NCBI GenBank assembly: GCA_963816145.1 | Contig: CAWFJP010000031.1 | Location: 480,001-544,000, forward strand | Origin: an uncultured delta proteobacterium | GTDB lineage: Bacteria > Desulfobacterota > Binatia > UBA9968 | Reading direction: 5' to 3' | DNA: 64,000 nt | Shown here: one piece after another, positions 29,525-38,631 of the stretch | How positions within the stretch are numbered: the first letter of the stretch is position 1 | Layout of the letters: each line of letters begins with the position of its first letter | Made by a program: the position numbers and the translations under genes | Notes under the pieces: generated by a model | Told to the model about the DNA's origin: nothing | What the model saw: the letters and a program-made list of their open reading frames with translations, nothing else | Databases searched by the model: none

Positions 29525-29752
29525 GAGCGATCAACGACTGCTCATCGGTAGCATGAAAAGCTTTGCGCGTCGACGCATTGTAAGTTGACAGAGCGATTCG
29601 ATATCGACTAGGCTCGCGGCCTGGAGCAAGGATGAAGGCGGAGGCTTGAGGGCTGAATAATCTTCATCTCACCACGAAGATCACGAAGGACACGAAGGTT
29701 TCGGAATGAAGGTATGGCACGCCATACCCCAACAATCGGAGTGAATGTCGCC

Positions 29753-30808
29753 ATGGACAAGGCAAAACTTATTTGTATGCCGATTTGTTCATTGCTAGTC
29801 GCGGTGATTTTTTTGCCGCTGGCGATTGCCGACGCGCAGAGCGATGCATTTTACAAAGGCAAAACGCTGCGCTTCGTGGTGGGCTCTGCGCCGGCCAATT
29901 TTTACGATTCTTGGGCGCGATTGATCGCGCGCTATTGGGGCAAATATATTCCGGGAAATCCCAACGTGATCGTTCAGAACATGCCCGGCGCCGGGTCGAT
30001 CAGCGCGGTCAACTATGTTTACGGTGTGGCCAAGCCCGACGGCCTCAGCGTCGTGCTGCCGAACAACAGCATCTACATCGAGCAACTCGTTGGCCGCAAG
30101 GAAGCGCACTTCGATTTGCGGAAATTTCACTGGCTCGGTTCGGCGTCGCAGGATTCGATTATCATGTACATGCGCGCCGATACCGGGCTGAAGACCGTCG
30201 GCGATATCGTCAAGGCCAAACAGCCGCCCAGCTGCGGCGGCTCCGGCACCACCAGCTCGGATTACATCATCGCGCGAATTTTGGAGCTGACCGTGGGCGC
30301 AAAGATCAATTCGGTATCAGGCTATCAAGGCGGCAGCGACGCCGATCTCGCCGTGGAAAAAGGCGAGATCGCTTGCCGGGCGCATACACTGGCGTCGCAT
30401 TACGGTCGGGAGCCTTTCAACTCCTGGCACAAAAAAGGCTTCGATTTTCATGTGCTCCAGTCCGGCCGCAAACGCGACCCGCGCGCGGCGGAAGCGCAGA
30501 CAGTTTACGAAATCTTGGATGAGTTCAGAGTCGCCGACACCAAGCGGCGTGTCGCCCAGGCGCTGTTATCCGGCGGCGAATTCGGCCGGCCGGTGCTGGT
30601 TACCCCGGGGACGCCGCCGGATCGGGTCAAAATGCTGCGCGAAAGCTTTCGTAACGTCTTGAAGGATGCCGAACTTTTGGCCGAAGCGAAACGCGCCCGG
30701 ATGGATGTGGAGTACACCGCGGGCGAAGAGCTGGAGGCGCTGGTCAAAGAGGTGTTGAATCAGCCCGCGGAAGTGGTCGAGCAGGCGAAGAAGATTCTTG
30801 GCAGCTAA
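29753..30808 (+). CDS. Bug/TctC family substrate-binding protein
   Basis: PGNPNVIVQNMPGAG, AKPDGL, GYQGG..ADLAVEKGE; start uncertain. Confidence 0.88.
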   Translation: MDKAKLICMPICSLLVAVIFLPLAIADAQSDAFYKGKTLRFVVGSAPANFYDSWARLIARYWGKYIPGNPNVIVQNMPGAGSISAVNYVYGVAKPDGLSVVLPNNSIYIEQLVGRKEAHFDLRKFHWLGSASQDSIIMYMRADTGLKTVGDIVKAKQPPSCGGSGTTSSDYIIARILELTVGAKINSVSGYQGGSDADLAVEKGEIACRAHTLASHYGREPFNSWHKKGFDFHVLQSGRKRDPRAAEAQTVYEILDEFRVADTKRRVAQALLSGGEFGRPVLVTPGTPPDRVKMLRESFRNVLKDAELLAEAKRARMDVEYTAGEELEALVKEVLNQPAEVVEQAKKILGS

Positions 30809-30974
30809 GACTTGGAAAATCGCAAAGGGTACAGAGATTACAGATTAGAAGATTCGGATTCGGAAGTTTAACCGCAAAGAGCGCATAGGACACAAAGAGG
30901 AACCGGAAGGGCAAGCCCTGTGGTTGCCCTTCCGATTCGGTTGTTATCACTACAAGCAAAGCGAGGAGAAATCT

Positions 30975-32327
30975 ATGGACGTAACCGCAAGGATCGCTCA
31001 GTTCGTCGTCAATGCGAAATATGAAAATCTACCGGCGGCGGCCATCGCCACGGCGAAGATCGCTGTGCGCGATTGTCTCGGTGTGGCGCTTGCTGGCAGC
31101 AAGGAGGAGGACGCGAAAATTTGCGCCGAGGTCGCGCGCCAGGAACAGGCCAAAGAAGAGACCACGGTCATCGGTCAAGGATTCAAATCTTCGGCGCTCA
31201 ACGCGGCGCTGGCGAACGGCACGGCGGCGCACGCCATGGATTTCGATCATAGCTTCACCTTGATGGGCCAGCCGACGGCGCCGATCATCCCCGCGACATT
31301 CGCACTGGGCGAGGCATTGGGCGCGAGCGGCCGGCAAATCATCGAAGCTTACGCGGTCGGCTATGAGGTGACGGCAAAGCTCGTGCATTCGCTGCGCGAC
31401 AGCGAGCATGACGGATGGCACGCGCCGAGCAGCTTAGGATTGTTTGGCGCCGCAGCGGCCTGCAGCAAGCTGCTCGGGCTCAACGCCGGCCAGGTCGAGA
31501 TGGCGCTCGGCATGTCGGCTTCGATGGCCGGCGGCCTGGTGGCCAACTTCGGCACCATGACCAAGCCTTTGCATGTCGGTCTCGGCGCGCGCAACGGCGT
31601 GCTTGCCGCCAAACTGGCGCAATCCGGCTTCACCGCGAACGGCAAAGCAATCGAGTCGGGTTTTGGCTTCTACAAAGTGCTTCATCCTGGCACGCCGATC
31701 GACGAGAAGCCGATAGAGGAGTTGGGCCGGTCCTACGCGCTGCTCAGTGACGGTATCCGCATCAAGCCCTATCCTTGCGGCGGGCTTACCCATCAGGTGA
31801 TCGACTCGATATTGGAATTCAGAACCAAACACGGCTTGACTCCGGAAATGGTCGAAGGCGTCGACGTCGACGTCGCCAAACACACCTTCGAGCGAATTGT
31901 TTTCAAAGTGCCGCAAACCGGCATCCAGGGAAAATTTTGCATGCCCTATCTGGTGGCGCGGGCGCTGATCGACGGCAAGGTGTCGTTGCATGCCTTCAGC
32001 GACGCCGCCGTGCGCGATCCGAGTGTTTTGAAACTAGCCGAACGAGTGCAGATGAATCTCGGCGATGATTTAAAAAAGACCGACCCCGGCGGCCGTCCCT
32101 GCCGGGTGACGTTGCGCACGAAAAGCGGCCAGACCTATATTCGCGAGGCGCAGCATTCCAAAGGGAGCCCGGAATTTCCGATGACCGAAGCGGAGCTGAG
32201 AGGCAAGTTTACCGAGTGCGCGCGCGAAACCTTGAGCGCCGACGCGGCAGACCGTGCCCTGGCGCAGATCGAGGGCTTGGAAAAAGTCGATAATGTTAGA
32301 ACGCTGACGGAAATCCTGCGCGGTTAA
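30975..32327 (+). CDS. MmgE/PrpD family protein
   Basis: AALANGTAAHAMDFD, NFGTMTKPLH, IKPYPCG, KGSP; RBS GAGGAG. Confidence 0.92.
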   Translation: MDVTARIAQFVVNAKYENLPAAAIATAKIAVRDCLGVALAGSKEEDAKICAEVARQEQAKEETTVIGQGFKSSALNAALANGTAAHAMDFDHSFTLMGQPTAPIIPATFALGEALGASGRQIIEAYAVGYEVTAKLVHSLRDSEHDGWHAPSSLGLFGAAAACSKLLGLNAGQVEMALGMSASMAGGLVANFGTMTKPLHVGLGARNGVLAAKLAQSGFTANGKAIESGFGFYKVLHPGTPIDEKPIEELGRSYALLSDGIRIKPYPCGGLTHQVIDSILEFRTKHGLTPEMVEGVDVDVAKHTFERIVFKVPQTGIQGKFCMPYLVARALIDGKVSLHAFSDAAVRDPSVLKLAERVQMNLGDDLKKTDPGGRPCRVTLRTKSGQTYIREAQHSKGSPEFPMTEAELRGKFTECARETLSADAADRALAQIEGLEKVDNVRTLTEILRG

Positions 32328-32363
32328 CGCGGGTTAGAGCGATAAATACGTAACGATTGTTTT

Positions 32364-32443
32364 CACCACGAAGGACACGAAGAGCACGAAGATCGGAGAC
32401 CAAGTTAACTAAAACCTTCGTGACCTTCGTGTCTTCGTGGTGA
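32364..32443. repeat. CACCACGAAG-family palindrome
   Basis: TCACCACGAAGGACACGAAGAGCACGAAG...CTTCGTGACCTTCGTGTCTTCGTGGTGA. Confidence 0.85.
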
Positions 32444-32492
32444 AAGAGAATTTTTCGATTTACTGTAAAGATTCACTTCTAAGGAGACAGAC

Positions 32493-33014
32493 ATGCCGAG
32501 AATTGCTTTGGACCTGAACAATGAAGAGGACCGTCGCAAGGTTAAAGGCCAATGGCGCGTTGGGCCTGGGTTGGTGCCGGGGCAGCCGAACGAAGGACTC
32601 ACGGCGCAGCTCTTGGAAACGCCGGCGCGGATGGCAGATTACGACGACTCAGCTTGGGAGATTTGTCCCAACATTCGTAAAAGCATTTCCAAGGGTTTCA
32701 CTTTCGCCTGGTATCGCATCACCGTCGAGTTACCGGAACAAGTAAATGGCCTTGCGCTACGGGATTACCGGGTGTGGTTCGAAACCAACGTCGATAACTA
32801 CGGCGAGATCTGGATTGACGGTAAAATTGAGCGTCCGGCCGGAACCATTGTCGGCATCAACGCTTCGCAGCGCGTCGAGGTGAGCGCCAAAGCGCAGCCG
32901 GGCGCGAAACATGTGATCGCATGCCTGGTCGCCAACGGTCCGCTGGCGGAGCCGCGCGGCGGGGTTTTCATGCGCTATGCGACGCTTGCGTTTGAGTTGT
33001 CGGATCGGGGTTGA
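32493..33014 (+). CDS. Hypothetical protein with a galactose-binding/jelly-roll-like fold (GH2 N-domain-like)
   Basis: DYDDSAWE, AWYRITVELP, VDNYGEIWIDG patterns; RBS AAGGAG. Confidence 0.7.
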   Translation: MPRIALDLNNEEDRRKVKGQWRVGPGLVPGQPNEGLTAQLLETPARMADYDDSAWEICPNIRKSISKGFTFAWYRITVELPEQVNGLALRDYRVWFETNVDNYGEIWIDGKIERPAGTIVGINASQRVEVSAKAQPGAKHVIACLVANGPLAEPRGGVFMRYATLAFELSDRG

Positions 33015-33050
33015 ACGAATAAGTTCTGAAGACTTGGATAGGGAGCGGGC

Positions 33051-33485
33051 ATGAAGTCAATAGTAACTGTCCTTAGTTTCCTTACGGTTGTCTTGTGGAC
33101 GACATCTTCCTTCGCGGCCCAGGCGCAGCGGCGGTACCCGGTTGATCCACAGACCAACTGGGCGGCCGGCGTCAAGCCAAAGCCGGCCGAGGAGCTAAAG
33201 AAAGAACTCGATGCCGGTAAAATCTTGATCATCGACGTGCGGGCGCCGGAGCAATTCCGGAAAGAAACCATTCCCGGCGCGATCAATATCCCGCTTGAAG
33301 AACTCCAAGGCCATTTAAAGAAAATGGCCAAGGACACTTATATCGTATTCACCTGAGGCACCGGACGCTCAAGCTCGCAGGCTGCGAAGCTAGCAGAAGA
33401 GATGGGTTTCCAAAGCACGACGTTTTGCCCGGTCAATAAATGGAAGGAACAGGGATATCAGGCGGAGCCGGGGAAGAAGAATTAG
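33051..33485 (+). CDS. Exported rhodanese-domain selenoprotein, UGA at 33354-33356 read as Sec
   Basis: Signal peptide; IIDVR..E.F....IPGAINIP; YIVFT-TGA-GTGRSSSQAAKLAEEMGF...WKEQGY..TAG 33483-33485 completes the fold. Confidence 0.85.
33372..33391 (+). promoter_or_regulatory. Candidate bacterial SECIS element
   Basis: AGCU-CGCA-GGC-UGCG-(A)-AGCU hairpin; loop 24 nt after the UGA. Confidence 0.7.
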
Positions 33486-33696
33486 ATATAACTATAAATG
33501 GTGTCGCGCGGCCAAGCGTCGACCGAAACTCCGAATATCTCCCGCAAAGATGCTCAGGCCGCAAAGTTCGGAGAGTCATCAGTAAAGAATTTCTCCAAGA
33601 CAATTCTTATTGCCCATCCGAACTTGGCGCGCTTCGCGCCTTGGCGGGAGATAATTCTCCGATTCGCTCAATCGAGCAGTTAGCGCCTTAATATCG

Positions 33697-33915
33697 GGCT
33701 CTTCGCGTAATTGAGTGGGTGAAATTTGGTAAGAAATGATGTCCTTGTAGGTTCCACCCCCCTTTAAAAAAGGGGGGTTGGGGGGATTTTGTGCTGGTAG
33801 ACAATCTTTCAAGCCATGAAAAATCCCTCCTAACCTCCCTTTGCGAAAGGGAGGAACCGTCCATGGGAGAGTAATCTGCCAGACAGTCAGCACCCACTCG
33901 ATTCCGCGATGACCC
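33697..33915. mobile_element. ISL3-like MITE with 25-bp terminal inverted repeats and an 8-bp target duplication
   Basis: Left GGCTCTTCGCGTAATTGAGTGGGTG vs right (reverse complement) GGGTCATCGCGGAATCGAGTGGGTG, 21/25 identical; TAATATCG at 33689-33696 and 33916-33923. Confidence 0.85.
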
Positions 33916-33923
33916 TAATATCG

Positions 33924-34913
33924 TTACCGGTACACCGAGTCGATAAAGCCATTCCTTTCGAGCTGGTCGATGATCGAGGTGTCGACGAACATTTCCGGTT
34001 TGATCAGTGGGTTTTTGTCTTTGAACTGGCCATCGATGATGAACTGGATCGCTTTCGCTGACGGGCGCGGCACTTTTAGGAGATTGGGGGCGACATCTTT
34101 CCAGCTCGCTTCGAGCACTTCGTTGTCAGTGGTGCGCAAGTACTTGCTCAAAACTTTCTTGCTGAATTCTTTATCGCTGCCGTAGCGCTGCATGCCGCGG
34201 ATGAGGGCGCGGACGAAGCGGGTGGATGGTTCGCGATTTTGCGCCATATAGGAACGGGTGCTAACCAGCGCGGCATTCACCGCTTCGAAGCCGATCTCGG
34301 AGAAGTTGACCAACTCCTTCATGTCCATTTTCAATGCGTGGATGTAGGCGGGATAGGACAGCGCCGCCACCTGGACGCTGCCGGCTTGCAAGGCGGCGAA
34401 GACTTCCGAATCGCCTCCGGCAGGTAAGAGTGCCACGTCCTTGCCTGGTTCGAGGCCAAACCGGCGCAATCCCAACCGCACGAGAAAATCAGAAGTGGCG
34501 CCGAAGGCGCTGATGGCGGCGCGCTTGCCTTTGAGATCACCGGGCTGCTTGATTTCCGGGCGCGCGATCAGATGAAACGGCGATTTGGTGCTCATGCAGC
34601 CAATGATCACCGAATCGCTGCCGGCGATGGTGGCGGCCATACTGGCGGAGGCACCGGCATGGATAATCGGCGCGCTGCCGCCGAGCATCGAGGCGACGAT
34701 GCGCGTGCTGCCGCCGACGCGAATGAGTTCGACGTCAAGACTTTCCGCGGCCAAGTATCCCGCCTCCTTGGCGATCCACACCGCGGCGAAGGTGCCGCTC
34801 AGGCTTGGGTAGAGAAAGCGCATGGACGTCATCGAGCTTGGCGCTTGCCCGGCGTATCCGATAGCTGAAGCGAACAAAAACATGCTTAGAGCAAGAAGGA
34901 CATCTCTTATCAT
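33924..34913 (-). CDS. NMT1/THI5 (TauA/SsuA-like) ABC solute-binding protein
   Basis: Signal peptide; WIAKEAGY, DLKGKR.AIS.FG, GLEPGKDV. Confidence 0.88.
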   Translation of the reverse strand: MIRDVLLALSMFLFASAIGYAGQAPSSMTSMRFLYPSLSGTFAAVWIAKEAGYLAAESLDVELIRVGGSTRIVASMLGGSAPIIHAGASASMAATIAGSDSVIIGCMSTKSPFHLIARPEIKQPGDLKGKRAAISAFGATSDFLVRLGLRRFGLEPGKDVALLPAGGDSEVFAALQAGSVQVAALSYPAYIHALKMDMKELVNFSEIGFEAVNAALVSTRSYMAQNREPSTRFVRALIRGMQRYGSDKEFSKKVLSKYLRTTDNEVLEASWKDVAPNLLKVPRPSAKAIQFIIDGQFKDKNPLIKPEMFVDTSIIDQLERNGFIDSVYR

Positions 34914-34986
34914 AGCATTTCCCTTCGTGTGGCGGATCAATGGATGGCTTGCGCGGTCTTAACTTGTTGGCGCGCTGACTGTCAAC

Positions 34987-35033
34987 CTGGGTGCAGTTAC
35001 CTGGGTCAGTTAGCTGGGTGCAGTTAGCTGGGT
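34987..35033. repeat. 14-bp direct tandem repeat (about 3.4 copies)
   Basis: CTGGGTGCAGTTAC / CTGGGT-CAGTTAG / CTGGGTGCAGTTAG / CTGGGT. Confidence 0.85.
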
Positions 35034-35072
35034 TCGAATTCATGAACCAGCCGGGTAGTGGTTCAGTTAGCT

Positions 35073-35147
35073 AGAGATCTCTCACTTCGTTCGAGATGAC
35101 AAGGCAACTATTCTGCTGTCATTTCGAGCGAAGCGAGAAATCTTTCT
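35073..35147. repeat. REP-like dyad (GTCATTTCGAGCGAAGCGAGAAATCT family)
   Basis: GAGATCTCTCACTTCGTTCGAGATGACA...TGTCATTTCGAGCGAAGCGAGAAATCT; half copy near 12640-12667. Confidence 0.7.
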
Positions 35148-35281
35148 CAGGCTGAAAACGTCCGCCCGACTCATACTGAACCACTACCGCCAGCCGTTGA
35201 CGGTTGCTTGCGGTGTCGGATTAACGCTATAAAGTTTGATACTTTCGTCAGCAGCAATATCGACTTTGGAGGTTGGCTTTC

Positions 35282-36712
35282 ATGGCCGTTAGAAGAGGGG
35301 CGGATTATATCAAGGCGTTGCGCGACGGGCGCCAGGTGTGGCACGCGGGTAGGCGCATCGCCGATGTGACGACGCATTCCGGCTTCACCGGCTCGATCAA
35401 GACGCTGGCCGATATGTACGACAAGCAGCACACCGCCGAGCATCGCGATCTGATGACCGTTGAATATGAGGGCGAGCGGATTTCCTACAGCTATCTGCCG
35501 CCGAAGAATCACGAGGAACTCCTTCTCAAACGGCGCAATATCGAGTTCTGGGCGCAGCAGACTTTCGGGCAAATGGGGCGGTATCCGGAGTTTGTCGCCG
35601 AGCTGATCGTCGGCCTGCTCGACTGGTCGCATCATATAGAGAAGACCAATAAACAATGGGCCGACAATGCCCGCGCTTATCATCGGTATGTCAGCCGCAA
35701 CGATCTCTGCCTGACCCACGCGCTGACCGATCAGTACTATGACCGCACCAAGCCGGTCGGAAAACAGGAAGATCCCGATCTGATTCTCCACATCGTCGGC
35801 GAGACCAAGGATGGCCCGGTAGTGCGCGGTTTGCGCACGCTGGCGACGTTGGCGCCGATCTCCGATGAGGTAATCGTCTATCCGAACCGGCCGCGGGAGC
35901 CGGACGAGCGTGATTATGCCATCGCCTTTGCGATCCCGATGAACACCAAGGGGTTAAAAATTCTGTGCCGCGATCTTTACGCCGAGCATGCCGATCCCGA
36001 GCGCCAGCCGCTGACCACGCGCTTTGACGAGGTCGACGCCGCTTTGATCTTCGACGATGTCGTCGTGCCCTGGGAACGGGTGTTCGTTTATAAAGATCCG
36101 CAGTTGCTTTCAGGAATTATGTACATTCACACCTGGGGGCAGTACTCGACCATGCTGCGCTTGGTGACCAAGCTCGAAGCGTTTCTCGGCGTCGCCCAAC
36201 TGCTCACTAAGTACGCTAAACGCAACATGCTGCCGCCGTCGCAGATTCTGTTATCGAGCATGATTCAAGACATCGAAATTCTCCGCTCGTGCATCCAAGT
36301 CGGCGAGTCGCGCGGATACCGCGCCGAAGGCGGAACCTGGGCGCCGCTCTTGAGCACGGCCTACCGGGTGCATAGCATCGAAGCGTCCGACCGTGCCGAG
36401 CGGACCATGGAGGGATTGCTCACGAGCACGCTGATGTTGAGCGGCGGCGCGTCGGACTTGAGCAATGCCGATATCGGGCCGTTCGTCGAGCGTTACTTCC
36501 GCGGCGGCGCGCCGGATACCAAAGAACATCTGCGCTTGATGGCGGTGGCGGCGGATATGGTGATGACGCCGTTCGGCAAGCGCAGCCAGCTCTACGAGCG
36601 CTTGCAGAGCGGCGAGGTCGACCGCATGCGCCAGCGGCTCTACGGTCAGTATCAAGATCCGGCGCCGGCCGAGCGCATGATGCAATTCGTCAAATCAATG
36701 GATAAGGATTGA
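35282..36712 (+). CDS. 4-hydroxyphenylacetate 3-hydroxylase family oxygenase component (HpaB-like)
   Basis: YIKALRDGRQVW..G.RI.DVT.H, GQMGRYPE, RFDEVDA.LIFDDV.VPWERVF, RSQLYE. Confidence 0.9.
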   Translation: MAVRRGADYIKALRDGRQVWHAGRRIADVTTHSGFTGSIKTLADMYDKQHTAEHRDLMTVEYEGERISYSYLPPKNHEELLLKRRNIEFWAQQTFGQMGRYPEFVAELIVGLLDWSHHIEKTNKQWADNARAYHRYVSRNDLCLTHALTDQYYDRTKPVGKQEDPDLILHIVGETKDGPVVRGLRTLATLAPISDEVIVYPNRPREPDERDYAIAFAIPMNTKGLKILCRDLYAEHADPERQPLTTRFDEVDAALIFDDVVVPWERVFVYKDPQLLSGIMYIHTWGQYSTMLRLVTKLEAFLGVAQLLTKYAKRNMLPPSQILLSSMIQDIEILRSCIQVGESRGYRAEGGTWAPLLSTAYRVHSIEASDRAERTMEGLLTSTLMLSGGASDLSNADIGPFVERYFRGGAPDTKEHLRLMAVAADMVMTPFGKRSQLYERLQSGEVDRMRQRLYGQYQDPAPAERMMQFVKSMDKD

Positions 36713-36742
36713 GCGCTCGGGTGCCCGCAGAATTCGAGAAAT

Positions 36743-37213
36743 ATGAAACAGACTAAAACCAAGAAAGTTCTCCGGCGAATCGTCGTGCGCAACTCTCCGA
36801 TCCATGGCCGCGGCGTGTTTGCCCTGCGGCCGATTCCTAAGGGCACGCGGATCCTCGAGTACAAAGGTAAGTTGATCACCGATGCGGATGCGGACCGGCG
36901 TTTTGGCCGGCTTCATGAGAACTCGTCGCACACGATGTTGTTTTCCGTCGACGACGGCTTGGTGATCGATGCGACGCGCCAGGGCAACTCGGCGCGCTGG
37001 ATCAATCACTCGTGCGCGCCCAACTGCGAGATCGAGGAAGAAAATCATCGGGTATTTATCGAAGCGCGCCGCGATATCCGAGCCGGCGAAGAGCTCGCCT
37101 ACGATTACAATCTGCAAATCGGCGAGAAGCACACCAAGAAAGCCAAACGCGACCATGCTTGCCTGTGCGGCGCGAAACGCTGCCGCGGCACGATGTTGGG
37201 CGAAGACGAGTGA
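36743..37213 (+). CDS. SET domain protein-lysine methyltransferase
   Basis: SPIHGRGVFA, ARWINHSCAPNC, GEELAYDY, post-SET CLCGAKRCRG. Confidence 0.93.
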   Translation: MKQTKTKKVLRRIVVRNSPIHGRGVFALRPIPKGTRILEYKGKLITDADADRRFGRLHENSSHTMLFSVDDGLVIDATRQGNSARWINHSCAPNCEIEEENHRVFIEARRDIRAGEELAYDYNLQIGEKHTKKAKRDHACLCGAKRCRGTMLGEDE

Positions 37214-37250
37214 TGTCAGAGTTCCAACCCCGTAGTTCGAAAAGAACTTT

Positions 37251-37510
37251 TTCACCACGAAGTGTCCATGAGCGTACGCTCGTCGACAGAGTATGAAATT
37301 GCAGGCCCCCCGATTCGTCATGCCGGCGAAAGCCGGCATCCAGGCGACGGAGGGGGGATGGATACCGGCTTTCGCCGGTATGACGGAAGCCTTATGGCAA
37401 TTCGTCGCGCAGATCGTGCTTGCGCATGTATTTTCTAAGGAGGCGCGAAGAGCACGAAAGGTGGATCAATATTTGTTCCGAAACCTTCGTGACCTTCGCG
37501 TCTTCGTGTT
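37251..37510. mobile_element. Nested composite MITE/REP element (copy 2; homologous to 3687-3960)
   Basis: Same block order as 3687-3960, including the shared GGATGGATACCGGCTTTCGCCGGTATGACG. Confidence 0.75.
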
Positions 37511-37549
37511 GAGTGATCTAGTTCTCTGGAGATGTCTTTTCATCGCAGC

Positions 37550-38524
37550 ATGAAGATCACCGTTATCGACGACTATCAGGATGCCTTCCGGCGGATGTCC
37601 AGTTTCCCGAAGCTTGCCGGGCATAAGATCGAAATTTTTAACGACACGCTGAAAGAGCCGGCGCGGTTTGCTGAGCGGCTACATGATGCGGAGTGTGTCG
37701 TGTTGACGCAGCAGCGTTCGTGGTTTCGCCGCCCGCTGATTGAGGCCTTGCCCAACTTGCGCCTACTTAGCCAGACGGGGAGGGTAACAGCGCATATCGA
37801 TCTCAAAGCGTGCACGGAGCACGGCGTGATGGTCTGCGCCGGCGGCAAAGGGCGGCCGCATTCGACAGCAGAGCTGACCTGGGCGTTGATACTTGCGGCG
37901 CTGCGCCATATTCCCGCAGAAGTTCACGGACTGCGCCAAGGACGCTGGCAGTCGACCCTGGGCTTCGATATTTTCGGCAAGACATTGGGAATCTATGCGC
38001 TTGGCGGCATCGGCTCGATTGTCGCCAATATTGGCCGGGCTTTTGGCGCACGGGTGCTTTGTTGGGGCCGCGGCGCCTCATTGGAGCGGGCGCGGCTCGC
38101 GGGTTACGATGTCGCTGCCAGCCGCGACGAGTTTTTCGCTGAGTCGGATATTCTGAGTCTGCATCTGCCGATGGTGCGCGAGACCCGCGGCATTATCACG
38201 CGGGCGGATCTCGCGCGCATGAAGCCGATGGCGCTGTTGGTAAACACAAGCCGGTCGAAGTTGATCGAAGACAACGCATTGGTTGAAGCGTTGCGCTTGG
38301 GGAGGCCGGGATTCGCCGCCGTGGACGTCTATGACGACGAGCCGATCTTCAATGCTGATAATCCGCTGCTCACGCTCGACAACGCGATTTGCACGCCGCA
38401 CCTGGGCTTCGTTACGGCTGAGACCTATGAGATTCACTACGGCTTAGCCGTAGAGCAAATCTTGGCTTACGTCGCCGGCAAGCCAATTCATGTCGCCAAC
38501 CCGGAAGTGCTGCAGCGCGGTTAG
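37550..38524 (+). CDS. D-2-hydroxyacid dehydrogenase family protein
   Basis: KITVIDDYQ, GIYALGGIG, LVNTSR, AAVDVYDDEP, TPHLG. Confidence 0.92.
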   Translation: MKITVIDDYQDAFRRMSSFPKLAGHKIEIFNDTLKEPARFAERLHDAECVVLTQQRSWFRRPLIEALPNLRLLSQTGRVTAHIDLKACTEHGVMVCAGGKGRPHSTAELTWALILAALRHIPAEVHGLRQGRWQSTLGFDIFGKTLGIYALGGIGSIVANIGRAFGARVLCWGRGASLERARLAGYDVAASRDEFFAESDILSLHLPMVRETRGIITRADLARMKPMALLVNTSRSKLIEDNALVEALRLGRPGFAAVDVYDDEPIFNADNPLLTLDNAICTPHLGFVTAETYEIHYGLAVEQILAYVAGKPIHVANPEVLQRG

Positions 38525-38631
38525 TCATGAACTACGCCGCCAACCTTAAAGCGGTTCAGCTGGTGAAAAAAATCGGCTGCAAAATAATATCGCCGGCTTG
38601 CTCTTGAGTTCGATGCAATCTGCGAAGGTCG

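Noticed and set aside
33440-33691. Track ORF 33440-33691 as a separate gene
   Set aside because: It overlaps the read-through rhodanese C-terminus in another frame and runs through a palindromic repeat
34987-35072. Possible CRISPR array
   Set aside because: The units are 13-14 bp, directly adjacent with no unique spacers, and there are no cas genes
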